NCBI GenBank assembly: GCA_051362555.1
Contig: CM120641.1
Coordinates: forward strand, 32,122,401-32,186,400
Source of the DNA: Lingula anatina
Lineage: Eukaryota > Animalia > Brachiopoda
Direction of reading: 5' to 3'
Length of the DNA stretch: 64,000 nt
Under the pieces are notes generated by a model. It did no database searches. It worked only from the letters and a program-made list of their open reading frames with translations, and had not been told where the DNA came from. Below are positions 61,655-64,000 of the stretch, in pieces. How positions within the stretch are numbered: position 1 is the stretch's first letter; the number at the start of each line of letters is the position of its first letter. The position numbers were made by a program, and so were the translations under genes.

Positions 61655-62560
61655 TTAATGTCTTGAAGGCCTACAAACATAGCAAAAATACACAATTTGC
61701 ATTTTCCAAAATACATGTTTTTTTGATCATTGAATCATAATCTTTTTTCTTAAATGCTCATTTTTAGATCATTAAATTATAATATTTTCTGCAAAATATA
61801 CAAAGAAGACCCATTGTAAGCAACTAGATCAGTATCTGTGACGTATCATTATGATATGTTACTGACCCATATGTACCAGGATTGTTCTTGTTCCTTCAGT
61901 TACAGCATGGACTGGTGTGTACCACATTCTGCCACATATTACAACAGGTGGAGGTGTACATTTGCACCAGTGTTGTCATTACCTGGTAGATAACCCCTGC
62001 TTGTCGCTTTAAAACCTGAAGTAATCAAAATGTGTAGAAAATGACTACAACCAGTTTTGAAAAGTAAACATATAATAAAAACTGATTCATGTTTTGGCAC
62101 TACAGAGTAGTTGACTTACTACCAGTGCTGGATGTCTATTAAACAACTAATCAAGAAGTTATAATGAGAAGGAGTAGAAACGGGACATCAATTATCTCTC
62201 TCGTCCAATCAGATCGCAGCATTCTTTTCAAAGCGGCGTCCTTTGAAATTCGATCCTCGTAACTGGTCTAATCCTCCGCTCGCCTCCGCGTGACTCAAGA
62301 CGGAGAAGCTGAACCAGTGCGTATACGTCTTGATTTATTCATGTTTAATGCGAATATTTGGAAGTTATACTTAGAAAGACGCCAAGTCGAGCGATATAAA
62401 GGTGAGTGAGAGTTGATAATCTGCTTTGAGCATTGTTTTATGTTCATACGGTGGCTGTCAGTCAAATTTGTCAGTGCAGAAAGCAGCGTTAGTTCGAAGA
62501 TCTGAGGCCGATTCAGCGGGACCTCCATGTTTAGGACTTTTTTCTTCTTAAGTGCGTGAT

Positions 62561-63132
62561 GTATGCACATAATTTATGTTTTTCTGGTTAGTTAAGCACG
62601 TGCATCATTACAATACATCCCTTTAGTATTAAATGAGTCAATCCTTTAGATGAAAAACATCGTTTCAAATAGACAACTTTTCATCCTATTTTTTCAAAAT
62701 GGCGGGTCCCTAAATTGGTTAGAGACAGTTGGGTGACAGTTTGGGACAATTTTTGGTAATTTTAACGTGGTGTATGCAGATAATTTATGTTTTTCTGGTT
62801 AGTTAAGCACGTGCACCATTACAATACATCATAGTGATATTAAATGAGTCAATCCTTTAGATGAAAAACATCGTTTCAAATAGACAACTTTTCATCCGAC
62901 TTTTTCAAAATGGCGGGTTCCTTAAATTGGTTAGAGACAGTTGGGTGACAGTTTGGGACAATTTTTGCTAATTTTAACGTGGTGTAAGCACATAATTTAT
63001 GTTTTTCTGGTTAGTTAAGCACGTGCACCATTACAATATAACATTGTGATATTAAATGAATCAATCCTTTAGATGAAAAACATCATTTCAAATAAACAAC
63101 TTTTCATGGGACTTTTTCAAAATGGTGGGTCC
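62561..63132. repeat. Tandem repeat, ~212-bp unit, ~2.7 copies
   Basis: TAATTTATGTTTTTCTGGTTAGTTAAGCACGTGCA recurs at about 62570, 62781 and 62993 with high identity. Confidence 0.95.
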
Positions 63133-64000
63133 AAAATTTGATGACAGGGAACTCTCGGAATTTTTTCAATTTTTCATTGCAATATGATGTTTGCAGAGTT
63201 TCGTTTAGGATATAGAGTTATATTTTGTAATGAATTCCGCACTTACTCATTTCAGGTTGAAGAGAATGCAGGTGAAAGATCTTTAGTTTTGCTGGCAGAT
63301 GTACATGTAGCCATAATTGAACAGTCAAAATGATTGTTTCCAGCAGCAACTTGATGAGGCACAAGGCTCTGTTTTCTTACCACCACTAATATTAAACTAT
63401 AGTGCACAAGAGGTGCAAGTTTTAAAAGGGAATTTAGTGGTCCAAGTTTTAAAAGGGAATTTAGTGTTCACTGGCTAATTGTCTAAAGTATAAAATAAAA
63501 TAATCACCACATCAAAATAAAAACTAACCATTTTTGTATTGCTTTAATCACTGTTGGGTGTAACAATATTGATATATTTTCATTGCTGGTACTTTGTTTT
63601 AGATAATATACAAGTTGCTCGAATGTTGAAATAAAGCAATATCAATCAATAAAAATATTTCTTTGTTTTTTTCTTCTAATGAATTTAAACTATCAGTCTA
63701 CTATTAGTTGGCCTCATGTAATAGACAAAGATATAAACAAAAATATGTATTGATGAAATTTCATTTAGAATCATACTAAGTGCAAAAACTTATTTACATT
63801 TCCCAAATTTTCCTGTTTAAGCTCTACCTGGTATATAAGCAATAATGTGCCAAAAAAGAAAGAAACGAGGCTGGCATACGGAAATTGCAAGTACTACTGT
63901 TTTGTGTACACGGCTGTGAATTGAATGTGTCATTCCTAGATGAAGGTAAATTTCCTTTACACGCCTTTACACGACAAAAATAATTTAAAATAAATATGAG

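Noticed and set aside
62561-63132. CRISPR-like array
   Set aside because: Whole 212-bp units repeat without unique spacers, in a eukaryotic context.
50016-64000. Short ORFs (52569-52916, 60674-61039, 62295-62570 and others)
   Set aside because: No recognisable motifs or consistent exon chain. Most overlap repeats or low-complexity DNA.
1-64000. tRNA, rRNA or snRNA genes
   Set aside because: No convincing A/B-box cloverleaf or conserved RNA sequence seen. An Infernal/tRNAscan-SE run would be needed to exclude snoRNAs.

Overview
AT-rich, intron-dense animal genomic DNA (invertebrate-like, possibly lophotrochozoan; species not determinable from sequence). Splicing exons by hand gives seven protein-coding genes that the ORF track mostly misses: (1) the first three coding exons of a divergent furin/PCSK-type proprotein convertase (minus strand, runs off the left edge); (2) ARPIN (minus), head-to-head with (3) COA8/APOPT1 (plus); (4) an UNC5CL-like single-pass ZU5-UPA-death-domain protein (minus); (5) kinetochore NSL1 (minus), head-to-head with (6) TATDN3 (plus) across only 110 bp; (7) a MACROD1/2-type macrodomain ADP-ribosylhydrolase (plus). 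From about 54.4 kb there is a probable promoter and non-coding first exon of a further gene whose CDS lies beyond the window. Non-coding DNA is rich in small DNA transposons (TTAA-flanked Kolobok-like, TAA/TTA-flanked Harbinger-like MITEs, a Helentron-associated element), tandem repeats and microsatellites. Main leads: a hidden alternative MACROD exon encoding an MGIVLSC lipidation N-terminus, an HF/T autoproteolysis motif in the UNC5CL-like protein, a convertase prodomain lacking furin's regulatory features, and a gene-carrying Kolobok-like element nested in an NSL1 intron. All homology calls come from recalled protein motifs; no database search was run.
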